A DNA stretch of 64,000 nucleotides. Source: an uncultured Chloracidobacterium sp. GTDB taxonomy: Bacteria; Acidobacteriota; Blastocatellia; Chloracidobacteriales; Chloracidobacteriaceae. Position 1 is the stretch's first letter. Each line of letters begins with the position of its first letter. The notes beneath the pieces were generated by a model. That model was not told where the DNA came from. It was given only the letters and a program-made list of their open reading frames with translations, and searched no databases. Positions 9,582-18,549 of this stretch are shown one piece after another. The stretch is from positions 19,988 through 83,987 of the forward strand of contig CALCKX010000002.1 in the NCBI GenBank assembly GCA_937966115.1, in the 5' to 3' direction. Both the position numbers and the translations under genes were made by a program.

Positions 9582-10727
9582 CTACAGCTTGACGGCGGCA
9601 ATCCCGCGCTCGGTCGCTGCAATGAGCAGTCCCGGCGCCCGGCAGAGGGCCGAAAACAGGCGCTCGTCCGCAAGCTGCCACCGCGCCACGATTCGCCCGT
9701 CAAGGCGGCTCACAATCGTAATTTCGCCGTCATCCAGCGCCGCCACCGCCAGCGTGGTCTCCGTCAACGGGGTCGGCGGCGCGGTCAGGCGTCCGGCCAT
9801 TTGCTGTCGCCACTGCATCTCGCCGCGCGCCCCGTCAAAGGCGTAGAGAAAATTATCATATGAGGCAAACAGCGCGCGCCCGCGATCAATGAGCGGCGGC
9901 GCGGCTATCGCCCCGCCAGTTCGGCGGCGCCACCGAATCCGGCCGTCGGCGCGCCGGATGGCGACGGCGTCGCCTTGCGCGGTGCCGCAGTAAACGCGCT
10001 CGGCGTCGCCCGCCGCCGGGCCGGGCTGGGCGCCAAGCTCGCAAGCCCACTGCCGAGCGCCATCCGCCGCCCGCAGCGACCAGAGCGCGCCAGCGGTCAG
10101 GCCCGCCAGCAGACCATCGCCGTCGCAGGTCAGATGCTCGGTGAAATCGCCGGACACGCGCCACAGGATGGAAAAATCGCCCGGATCGAGCGCCGCGACT
10201 TCCGTTGCGCCAAGGCGCGCATAGAGCCGAACGCCATCGCTGACCAAATTCGACGTGATCGGGCGCGGCAACGAAATTTCTCGCTGCACCACGCCGGTCG
10301 CCAGGTCGAGCAGCCGGACGACGCCAGTCGCGGCATCGCCATCGGCGGGCGGGCGCGTCGCGCAGGCGACGAGGCGGTCGCCTAGCCGGTAAAGCGTCCC
10401 CGCTGTCGCCACTCCGGGGGATGTCTCCCATAAGCGGGTGCCATCCTGCCGCGCCAGGGCGACCACTTTCCCGCTGCGCAGCGGAACATACACGGCGGCT
10501 TCGGTCACGAGGGGCTCGCGGCGCGCGCCATCCGGGTCAAGGTAAAGCCATTCAGCGGGCAGCGTCACAAGCGGAACCGTCGCGCGACCATTCAGGACGC
10601 CGGATGCGCGCAGGCGCGGACGCGGCTGGGACGTCGCTACGGAATCGCCCAGCGCGAGCAGGGCGAGCCCGCAGCCCAGCCAGCGGGAACAGCTCAGCCG
10701 GCGCGACATCCAGCTCGGGCGACTCAT
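9582..10727 (-). CDS. Exported PQQ-like beta-propeller protein (BamB-like)
   Basis: Signal-peptide-like N-terminus; repeated 'A...DG...W' blade motifs (ALARQDGTRLW, ADGARQW, ADGRIRW, ARGEMQW). Confidence 0.8.
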   Translation of the reverse strand: MSRPSWMSRRLSCSRWLGCGLALLALGDSVATSQPRPRLRASGVLNGRATVPLVTLPAEWLYLDPDGARREPLVTEAAVYVPLRSGKVVALARQDGTRLWETSPGVATAGTLYRLGDRLVACATRPPADGDAATGVVRLLDLATGVVQREISLPRPITSNLVSDGVRLYARLGATEVAALDPGDFSILWRVSGDFTEHLTCDGDGLLAGLTAGALWSLRAADGARQWACELGAQPGPAAGDAERVYCGTAQGDAVAIRRADGRIRWRRRTGGAIAAPPLIDRGRALFASYDNFLYAFDGARGEMQWRQQMAGRLTAPPTPLTETTLAVAALDDGEITIVSRLDGRIVARWQLADERLFSALCRAPGLLIAATERGIAAVKL

Positions 10728-11491
10728 TGAAAGGCTCCGTGACGCCCGCCGCCGTCCGAAAAGCGCTGCGCGCCAGCTTGCGCCTCGCCGGACGCCAGCG
10801 CTGTCAGGCCCCGCCGAAACTCATTTTGAAGCGCCCGCGCCCAATCCAGCTCGGCTTGTTCATACAGGGATAGCCGGTCGCCGCGCAGGCAGGACTGGGG
10901 AAAAGCGGCTATCGCTTGCGCCAGGTCGAGCGCGGTTTCGAGCGCCGCGCCTTCCGGGCAGAGGCGATTGACCAGCCCAATCGCCAAAGCTTCCTGGGCC
11001 AGCACGGGACGCCCGGTCAAAACCAAGTCCATCGCCCGTCCAAAGCCAATCAGCCGCGGCAGGCGCACTGTCCCGCCATCGATGAGCGGCACGCCGAAAC
11101 GACGGCAAAACACGCCGAAGACGGCCGTCTCGGCGGCAACCCGCAAATCGCACCAGAGCGCCAGCTCCAGCCCGCCCGCGACGGCGTGGCCTTCAATGGC
11201 CGCGATGACCGGCTTTGACAGCCGCCGTCGCGTCGGCCCCATTGGGGCGACGCCGGCTTCCGCGATATTGACCCGCGCCCCGGCCGCCACAGCCTTGAGG
11301 TCGGCCCCAGCGCAGAAATGACCGCCCGCCCCCGTCAACACCGCGACCGCGCAGGCGTCATCCGCGTCAAAGCGCTCGAAGGCCGCATCGAGCGCCGCCG
11401 CCGTCGGATCATCCACGGCGTTGCGCGCCTCGGGGCGCTGGAGCGTGACGACCGCGACGCCAGCGCGAATTTCATACGCGACAGCATTCAT
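10724..11491 (-). CDS. Enoyl-CoA hydratase/isomerase (crotonase family)
   Basis: FCAGADLK, KPVIAAIEGHAVAGGLELALWCDLR, 'CRRFGVPLIDGG'. Confidence 0.93.
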   Translation of the reverse strand: MNAVAYEIRAGVAVVTLQRPEARNAVDDPTAAALDAAFERFDADDACAVAVLTGAGGHFCAGADLKAVAAGARVNIAEAGVAPMGPTRRRLSKPVIAAIEGHAVAGGLELALWCDLRVAAETAVFGVFCRRFGVPLIDGGTVRLPRLIGFGRAMDLVLTGRPVLAQEALAIGLVNRLCPEGAALETALDLAQAIAAFPQSCLRGDRLSLYEQAELDWARALQNEFRRGLTALASGEAQAGAQRFSDGGGRHGAFQ

Positions 11492-11548
11492 CCGGGACTC
11501 CGGTTTCTCGAGCGACGCCGGTTGCCTGGGCGACGCCGGCGCGCCAGG

Positions 11549-12733
11549 TTACGAGGCCTTGCGCAGGGGCGTCGGCAGCCGCTTCGGCGCGCCCGACGCC
11601 GGGACGAGGTCAGCCAGCTTCGCTTTGGGCTTCGCCTTGGGCTTCGCTTTAGGCGCGGCTTGGCGGCGCGAGCGAGCGTCCAGCCACTCGGCTGTCAGTC
11701 GCCACGCCCGCTCGGCGCGCGAGCCAATCAGCATGCCGAGGTGCCCGCCTCTGACGAAGCGCGTGGCGACATCCTGGACAGTCAGCTTTTTCGTAATGGC
11801 AGTCACCGCCGCCGGCGGCACCAAGCGGTCTTCCCGACTGGCGATGACCAAAACGGCGGCGCGAATGCGCTCATAGCGAACCCGGCGGCGACCAATGACG
11901 AACTGATCAGCCGCCAGCTCGTTACCGAGCACCAAGTTGTGCCACAGTTGCCTGAAGGCGGCTTCCGTCAGATTGACGTATTCCAGATTTCGCCCGCCGT
12001 CGGGGCGCGGCGACGCCAGAAAATCAGGATCGCTCAGTCCGCGCCAGAACTCCGCCGGCCGCCGCAGAACCGCGTCAGGGTGCAGGATATGAAAAGAAGC
12101 GTTGCAAACGGCAGCCGGAATGTAGCCGTAGCGAGCGGCGAGCGTTTCGAGCGGCTGACGAGAAACGCCGGCCAGAATGCGATGGAGCGGCATCGCTGAG
12201 AAATCCGTCGGCGTGCCGATGGTGACGATGTTTCGGATGCCGGCCTGCGGGTGGAGCGCCGCGTAACAGTTGGCGAAGATGCCGCCCAGGCAGTACCCGA
12301 CCAGCGACAGCTCATCGCTCCCCGTGACCCGCTTGACCATCCGCGCGCCAGCGCGCAGGCGATGCTCGATATAGCGTCCAAGCGACAAGCGCCGGTCGCG
12401 GGCCTGCGGCTTGCCGTAGTCCAGCAGAAAAACGTCATAGCCCTGCTCGACGAGATAGCGCGCCAGGCTGCGCCTCGGGTGCAGATCAAAAACGTCGGCC
12501 GTCACCATCAGCGGCGGCACGAGCAAGACCGGGATGCGGCGGCGCGGGCGACGCAATGGCAAATAATGGCGCAGCTTGAGCGTTGGCGCGTCAAGCAAAA
12601 GCTCATAGCGGAGCGGGCGCGTCGCGCCAGCTCGGCGCTGACGCCGGTCGCCGACGTAGCCATCCTCGTGGAGCGGCGCGGTCGGCTCGCCAAGCAGGGC
12701 GGCGAATAAGCGTTCGGCAATAAGCAGCGACAT
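11549..12733 (-). CDS. PHA synthase class III/IV-like alpha/beta hydrolase (PhaC-like)
   Basis: 'PVLLVPPLM...FDL.P.RSL..YL...GYDV', Cys lipase box GYCLGG, Asp in 'EDRLVPP', His in 'GGHLG'. Confidence 0.75.
   Translation of the reverse strand: MSLLIAERLFAALLGEPTAPLHEDGYVGDRRQRRAGATRPLRYELLLDAPTLKLRHYLPLRRPRRRIPVLLVPPLMVTADVFDLHPRRSLARYLVEQGYDVFLLDYGKPQARDRRLSLGRYIEHRLRAGARMVKRVTGSDELSLVGYCLGGIFANCYAALHPQAGIRNIVTIGTPTDFSAMPLHRILAGVSRQPLETLAARYGYIPAAVCNASFHILHPDAVLRRPAEFWRGLSDPDFLASPRPDGGRNLEYVNLTEAAFRQLWHNLVLGNELAADQFVIGRRRVRYERIRAAVLVIASREDRLVPPAAVTAITKKLTVQDVATRFVRGGHLGMLIGSRAERAWRLTAEWLDARSRRQAAPKAKPKAKPKAKLADLVPASGAPKRLPTPLRKAS
11618..11653 (-). repeat. 12-bp x3 coding repeat (PKAK x3)
   Basis: cttcgctttggg / cttcgccttggg / cttcgctttagg. 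Confidence 0.85.
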
Positions 12734-12772
12734 GATGTAATCAAAGCCACTCTGGAATCAAACCTGCCAGCG

Positions 12773-13525
12773 ATGGTGTTAAACCAGACTAGAATGAAAT
12801 CGGCAACTCAATCCGCGGACTGGCCGCCCCTGCGGTCGGCGACAGCCCATCTGTGGTGGCTGAAGCTGTCGCCGGCGGAGGCGGACGCGGCGCTCCAGGA
12901 CATCCTGAGCCCCGCCGAGCGCCGGCGGGCGCGCCAACTGCGCCGACCGGGCGCGGCAAGCCGCTTTTGCCTTGGCCGCGCTCACTTGCGCCGCATCCTG
13001 GGCGAATATCTTGGGGCGCCGCCGGAATCGCTCCAGTTCGCCTATACGCCCAATGGCAAGCCCTACCTGCCGGAGGCCCCGCGCTTGTCGTTTAACTTGG
13101 CGCATGCCGGCGACCTGGGACTGCTCGCCGTGGCGGATGGTCGCCACGTTGGCGCGGATGTCGAGCTGCCCGGCCCGCCCGCCCGCTGGCTCGCCATCGC
13201 CCGGCGGTGCCTGCCTGAGAGCGAGCGCCGGCGCCTCCAGGCGCTGCCTGAGGAAGCGCGAGCGCGGGCGGTGCAACGGAGCTGGACGCGCCAGGAAGCG
13301 TTCCTCAAGGCGAGCGATCAGGCCTCGCTGCGACGACTGCTCCGACTGGAAATGCCTTGCGCCGCCAGCCCAGGCCAGTTCACGATACGGGACGCGCAGG
13401 GCTGCCACTGGCTGGCGCAGGATGTCGCCCGGGCTGGCGCGATCGGCGCGCTTGTCGTCGAGCATCGGCCAAACGAGCGACTCGAGGTTTTGAGCTTCGC
13501 TTGGCCCGGACGGGAGCGCCTATGA
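12773..13525 (+). CDS. Sfp/HetI-type 4'-phosphopantetheinyl transferase
   Basis: 'LSPAERRRA', 'NGKPYL', 'FNLAHAG', 'VGADVE', 'WTRQEAFLKA'. Start codon uncertain. Confidence 0.88.
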   Translation: MVLNQTRMKSATQSADWPPLRSATAHLWWLKLSPAEADAALQDILSPAERRRARQLRRPGAASRFCLGRAHLRRILGEYLGAPPESLQFAYTPNGKPYLPEAPRLSFNLAHAGDLGLLAVADGRHVGADVELPGPPARWLAIARRCLPESERRRLQALPEEARARAVQRSWTRQEAFLKASDQASLRRLLRLEMPCAASPGQFTIRDAQGCHWLAQDVARAGAIGALVVEHRPNERLEVLSFAWPGRERL

Positions 13526-15300
13526 ACCCGCTGTACGCCCGCCTCATGAACCTGATCGTCTCGCGGCTGGTCGTCATCTCGACACTGCTCGCGCTGGCCG
13601 TCGCCATGGCGCGCTCCGATAGCTCCTGGGCGAATGCCGACATCAATCCCCAGCCGCTGGTCTGGCTGGCGGTTGTCGCTGGCGCGCTTTCGGTAGCCTA
13701 TTTCACGTGGCTGCGCATGTCCGAGCAGTACCTGCTGCAAGGCTACGTTCAGTTGGCGGGCGATGTCGCGGCGGTCACGTGGCTGACCTATCAGATGCGC
13801 GATTCAGCGTTCCCGCTCGCGCCGCTCTACCTCGTGATTGTCTTCGTGGCGGCAATGATTTTGCCGCGCATCGGGACAATCGCGATTGGCGTCTCCTGCG
13901 CCCTAGCTTACGTCGGGCTCATTGTCGCCTTCAAAGTCGGCTTGCTGGTCGGGGGCTACGCCATCGTCGAGCAAAATGAGCGGTATCTGCAAAACAATCC
14001 GCTCCTCTACGTGGTTGCCATCCTGGCGCTGACGGTGCTGGGCGGACAGCTCGCCGAGCGACTGCGCCGCAGCGACGCCGAGCTGGAAGCCGCCGCGCGC
14101 GACCTGGCGCAGCTCCGGGCCTTCAACGAGCGCATTGTGGAAAGCGTCAAAAGCGGGCTGGTCACCATAGACCTCAAAGGGCGCATCATGACCTTCAACC
14201 GCGCCGCCGAGGAAATCACGGGCTACCGGGCGAAAGTGGTCCGCGGCAGGCATCTGGGCGAGGTGTTTGAGAATCTGGAGCAAAAGCTCGAGCCGGAGCT
14301 TCTTGCGCCAGCTCCGCAGCGAGAGGATTTCCGCCGGTTTGAAGCCGACTGTCAGTCCGCGGATGGGCGCGCCCTGCATCTCGGCTTTGCCGTATCGCCT
14401 TTGACGACTGAATCTGGCGACGCGACGGGCTACGTTCTCTCCTTTCAGGACCTCACCGAGATTCTCAAGCTCGAGGAGGAAATCCGCCGCCAGGATCGAC
14501 TGGCCGCGCTGGGCAAGATGGCGGCCGGCATCGCGCACGAAATCCGCAACCCGCTCGCCGCCATGCGCGGCTCCATCCAAATGCTCCAATCGGAGCTTGA
14601 GCTTGACTCGGAGCAGTCGAAGCTGATGCGCATCGTCCTCCGCGAGTCGGACCGCCTCAATCGCACCATCGAGGATTTTCTCAAATACGCTCGCCCGCGG
14701 GCGCTGCAACTCGTCACCGTCAACCTCGAGCGACTCATCAGCGACACGCTTTCCCTGCTGCGCCACAGCCCTGAAATGCGAGCCGACCACGAGATTACGC
14801 TCCAGTTCCCGCCGGACCTGCCGGCTATCGTGGCGGATAGCGATCAGATTCGACAAGTGATCTGGAATCTGGCGCGCAATGCCATTCAAGCGATGCCGAC
14901 CGGCGGCAAGCTCAGCATCGTCATCACGCCGCAGGCTGAACACATCGAAGTTCGCTTGACCGACAGCGGGACGGGCTTCCCGCGAAACAACCTGGAGCGC
15001 CCATTCGAGCCATTCAACTCGAGCCGCGAAGGCGGCACGGGGCTGGGCATGGCGATTGTCTACCAAATCCTTCTCGATCACGGCGGACGCATCGCTATTG
15101 GCAACCGCGCCGATGGGGCGAGCGGCGCTGAAGTCGTCATGACGCTCCCGCGCGCGGCGACCGCGCCGCTGCCCAAGGGCAAGGTCGCCGCTGACTCGCG
15201 GCTGCAGATACGGCGCACGCCAAGCGAGCTGCCGGCGTTTTCCCTATCATCGCCGGGGGAATCGCCAGCGATGACAACGGACGCCCCGTCCAGCCGCTAA
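13522..15300 (+). CDS. PilS-like membrane PAS sensor histidine kinase
   Basis: ATGA overlap with the upstream stop; about 6 TM segments; PAS 'FNRAAEEITG'; H-box 'AAGIAHEIRNPL'; N-box 'WNLARNAIQAM'; 'GTGLGM'. Confidence 0.9.
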   Translation: MNPLYARLMNLIVSRLVVISTLLALAVAMARSDSSWANADINPQPLVWLAVVAGALSVAYFTWLRMSEQYLLQGYVQLAGDVAAVTWLTYQMRDSAFPLAPLYLVIVFVAAMILPRIGTIAIGVSCALAYVGLIVAFKVGLLVGGYAIVEQNERYLQNNPLLYVVAILALTVLGGQLAERLRRSDAELEAAARDLAQLRAFNERIVESVKSGLVTIDLKGRIMTFNRAAEEITGYRAKVVRGRHLGEVFENLEQKLEPELLAPAPQREDFRRFEADCQSADGRALHLGFAVSPLTTESGDATGYVLSFQDLTEILKLEEEIRRQDRLAALGKMAAGIAHEIRNPLAAMRGSIQMLQSELELDSEQSKLMRIVLRESDRLNRTIEDFLKYARPRALQLVTVNLERLISDTLSLLRHSPEMRADHEITLQFPPDLPAIVADSDQIRQVIWNLARNAIQAMPTGGKLSIVITPQAEHIEVRLTDSGTGFPRNNLERPFEPFNSSREGGTGLGMAIVYQILLDHGGRIAIGNRADGASGAEVVMTLPRAATAPLPKGKVAADSRLQIRRTPSELPAFSLSSPGESPAMTTDAPSSR

Positions 15301-15480
15301 CGCGCCCGGGCGACTGACGCGAGCGGCGACGCGGAAACGATCCGCCGCCCATCTGGGGCCTGGCTTGTCTCGGGAGGCTCGTCGCCCCCGGCAACCCCAA
15401 AATATGCCGGAAAAAGCGCCTGCGCGACGCCTGCGTCGAAAGCGCTCCGCTCGCTTAAATCGCCCGGGGAAGGGCGCGAG

Positions 15481-17115
15481 CTACTCGGCTGCCGGCGAGA
15501 GCTGGCCGCCCGGCGCGGGCTTGGCGACCTTCACGCCCAGCCCATTGAGCAGCGATGCCACGCCGACGTAGCCATAACCAATGACAAAAATGGAAAGAAA
15601 AGGCAAAACGCCCCAAATTTCACTTTGAATGGCATAGATAATTGCCAGCAAAAAATACGCCGTCATCGCAATTTCAAGGAGAGGCAGCCAGCCCATCGTT
15701 CTTCGGTATTTCTTTCCCTGCCAACTCCGCCCTTTCTCATTTTGGTTGATAGCGTACTTAGGCGTTCTGACAAAACCGCTTTGAATGCCAAACAAAGCTT
15801 CTAAAACAGCTTTTGCATTACTGATTGAGATGCCAACGCCAATTGACATGGCCAGGTAAATCATCAGTAAATCTTTCCATCGCTTGCCGTGCAGCTCCTT
15901 GAGCGATATGAAATAGTAAGAAGTCACTGAAAAAGTCGAAAGGAGCAAGAACGGAATATCCAGGAGCATGAGATGGAAGAGGCCCTGATTATAGCGAACG
16001 ATCAAAACTGGCAAGTGCAGCAAGTGGAATACAACCATCAACGGGTAGATAAGATTGCCCGATAAATGAAAGAAAGTTTCAATCTTGGCATGAAGCGGCA
16101 GGTTCAGGCCACCCAGGCGGGGTAGAATCTTGAGGGCGACTTGCGTGTAGCCCTTTGCCCAGCGACGCTGCTGAACCTTGAAAGCGTTGATATCGACCGG
16201 AAGCTCTGCCGGCACGTCCTCGTCGAGGACATAAACAAACTTCCATCCCAAAAGCTGCGCTCGGTAGCTTAGGTCGGTATCCTCAGCCAGCGTGTCCGCC
16301 TGCCAACCGCCCGACCGCTCGATGGCTTCGCGCCGCCACATGCCGGCTGTCCCGTTGAAGTTGAAGAAGCCGCCGCTCCGATGCCGGGCGGTGTGCTCAA
16401 TGACAAAATGCCCATCGAGCAGGACGCTTTGCACGCGGGTCAGGAGATTGTAATCCGCATTGAGATGGCTCCATCTGAACTGAACGACGCCGACGCGCGG
16501 TTCCGTAAAATAATGAATCATTTTACGGATACAGTCCGGCTTGGGCTGAAAGTCAGCGTCAAAAATCAGAATGAACTCCCCTTTGGCGACTTTGAGCCCC
16601 TCGCCCAAAGCGCCAGCCTTGAAGCCTGTTCGATCCTTTCGGTGGAGATAAACGATATCGAGACCTTCGGCGGCATAGCGATCCACCGCCGCCTTGGCAA
16701 TGGTCTGCGTCTCATCAGTCGAGTCATCCAAAACTTGAATCTCAAGCTTTTCCTTCGGATAGTCCAGGGATGCGCAAGCCGCCAGAAGACGCTCGACAAC
16801 ATACATCTCGTTGAAAAGCGGCAGCTGAACTGTCACGCGCGGCAGGGCGTCTTCGCCAAACATCGCCTTTGGCTTCGGCTGGAAACTATGGTAGCGCAGA
16901 AATAAATAGGTAATGCGAAGGCGGTATAAGCCATAGACAGCAAGAATGAAGAGCAGTCCAAAATAGAGCGCGAAGATTGTCCAGTCAAGCCCATCGAGAG
17001 TGTAGAGATAGCTTATGTTATTTGTTCGAGTAAATTTCTCCAGACTGGGAATGCTCGAAAAGTCTCTCTCGAAAATGCTTGAGAAAGATATTTCCCATGT
17101 AGAAAGCGTTGTCAT
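15481..17115 (-). CDS. Processive membrane glycosyltransferase family 2 (cellulose synthase-like/mannan synthase-like)
   Basis: VTVQLPLFNE, LDDSTD, GFKAGAL, FDADF, AEDTD, QQRRW; C-terminal TMs; 'FVRTPK'. Confidence 0.92.
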   Translation of the reverse strand: MTTLSTWEISFSSIFERDFSSIPSLEKFTRTNNISYLYTLDGLDWTIFALYFGLLFILAVYGLYRLRITYLFLRYHSFQPKPKAMFGEDALPRVTVQLPLFNEMYVVERLLAACASLDYPKEKLEIQVLDDSTDETQTIAKAAVDRYAAEGLDIVYLHRKDRTGFKAGALGEGLKVAKGEFILIFDADFQPKPDCIRKMIHYFTEPRVGVVQFRWSHLNADYNLLTRVQSVLLDGHFVIEHTARHRSGGFFNFNGTAGMWRREAIERSGGWQADTLAEDTDLSYRAQLLGWKFVYVLDEDVPAELPVDINAFKVQQRRWAKGYTQVALKILPRLGGLNLPLHAKIETFFHLSGNLIYPLMVVFHLLHLPVLIVRYNQGLFHLMLLDIPFLLLSTFSVTSYYFISLKELHGKRWKDLLMIYLAMSIGVGISISNAKAVLEALFGIQSGFVRTPKYAINQNEKGRSWQGKKYRRTMGWLPLLEIAMTAYFLLAIIYAIQSEIWGVLPFLSIFVIGYGYVGVASLLNGLGVKVAKPAPGGQLSPAAE

Positions 17116-17140
17116 ATTTTTTTCTCAATACGCCTGAAAG

Positions 17141-18547
17141 TTATTTTATGTTGTAGTTCTTGATCTTGCTATTGAGGGTCGTAGGGTTGAGTCCAAGCAG
17201 CTTGGCGGCTTTGCTCTGATGGTTATGCGTCAGATCCAGCGCCCGCTGGATCAGCTCTATCTCGAACTGAGCGACCACGTCGTAGAAGCGTATGCCCTGC
17301 GCGACATCGAGCTGCGCGGACAGCAGCCTGCCCGACAGGGACGGCGACGCGATGCGCGCCGGCGGATTGAGAATCTCATCCCTCAGGCATTCCATGGACA
17401 ACTGATTCGAGCGCGAAATGACGACCGCCCGCTCGATGACATTTTCAAGCTCCCGCACGTTCCCGGGAAACGGGTAAGCCTCGAGCAGCGCCAGCACATC
17501 CGGATCAATGTCCTCAACCATCTGGCGCTGGTTCTCGGCGTTGTACTTGCGGATGAAGTGCCGCGCCAGCGGCAGAATATCCTCCGGGCGCTCGCGCAAG
17601 GGCGGCATTTTGATGGTGATGACGTTGAGGCGGTAGAACAAATCCTCCCGGAACTTCCCCTCCGTCACCGCCTGCTTCAAGTCGAGGTTCGTGGCGGCGA
17701 CGATTCGCGCGTCCACGCGGCGAGGCGTGGTTTCCCCAAGCGGGATGAATTCTCGCTCTTGGATGACTCGCAGCAGCTTGCTCTGCGTTTCAAAGGAGAT
17801 GTTGCCAATCTCGTCAAGGAACAGCGTGCCGCCGTCAGCAATGTCGAATAGCCCTTTCTTAGCCGTGAAAGCGCTGGTGAAAGCGCCTCGCGCGTGACCG
17901 AAAAGCTCGCTTTCAAGCAATTCCGTCGGGATGTTGCCGCAATTGACCGGGACGAACTGCCCCGTTTTCGCCCGCGGGCTGGCAAAGTGAATGGCGCGGG
18001 CGATGAGTTCCTTTCCAGTTCCTGACTCGCCCGGACTGAGCACCGGGGTTCGCGCCGGGGCGACTTGCTCCACGAGCGCCAGAATGTCGCGCATGACGGC
18101 GCTGCGGGCGATGATGCCGTGCTTGTCGGCGCTTTGTTGCAAAGCGCGCTTGAGCTGGGCGTGCTCCTCGTCCTTGCGGCGGCGGCGAATGCCAGCCTCG
18201 ACGACGCGCAAGATGTCTTCGTTCTCAAATGGCTTGCGGATGCAGTTGAAGGCGCCGCGCTGCCAGGCGCTGACCGCCGTCTCGAACGTGGCGTAGGCTG
18301 TGATCATGACCACGATGGCTTCCGGGTCGAGGGTCAGCAGCGCATCGAGGGTCGCCAAGCCGCCCATGCCTGGCATCGAGACATCAAGTAACACGGCGTC
18401 AAAGATGTGCTCGCGGTAAAGCTGTAGCCCTTCCTCGCCGGTTCGAGCGAGCTTGACGTTGTAGTTGGCGCCGGAGAGAAGCGTCTCCAGCACATCGCGC
18501 ATAATCTCCTCGTCGTCAACGACGAGCAGCGATCCCTTCCTTGGCAT
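17141..18547 (-). CDS. Sigma-54-dependent NtrC-family response regulator (REC-AAA+-HTH)
   Basis: REC 'LVVDDE', 'LDVSMPG'; GESGTGKE; ESELFGH..GAFTSA; LFLDEIG; FREDLFYRLNV; FPGNVREL; Fis-type HTH. Confidence 0.93.
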   Translation of the reverse strand: MPRKGSLLVVDDEEIMRDVLETLLSGANYNVKLARTGEEGLQLYREHIFDAVLLDVSMPGMGGLATLDALLTLDPEAIVVMITAYATFETAVSAWQRGAFNCIRKPFENEDILRVVEAGIRRRRKDEEHAQLKRALQQSADKHGIIARSAVMRDILALVEQVAPARTPVLSPGESGTGKELIARAIHFASPRAKTGQFVPVNCGNIPTELLESELFGHARGAFTSAFTAKKGLFDIADGGTLFLDEIGNISFETQSKLLRVIQEREFIPLGETTPRRVDARIVAATNLDLKQAVTEGKFREDLFYRLNVITIKMPPLRERPEDILPLARHFIRKYNAENQRQMVEDIDPDVLALLEAYPFPGNVRELENVIERAVVISRSNQLSMECLRDEILNPPARIASPSLSGRLLSAQLDVAQGIRFYDVVAQFEIELIQRALDLTHNHQSKAAKLLGLNPTTLNSKIKNYNIK

Positions 18548-18549
18548 GG

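Noticed and set aside
12752-12772. Sigma-54 promoter upstream of the phaC-like gene (minus strand CTGGCAGGTTTGATTCC)
   Set aside because: The -12 position reads TC instead of the conserved GC.
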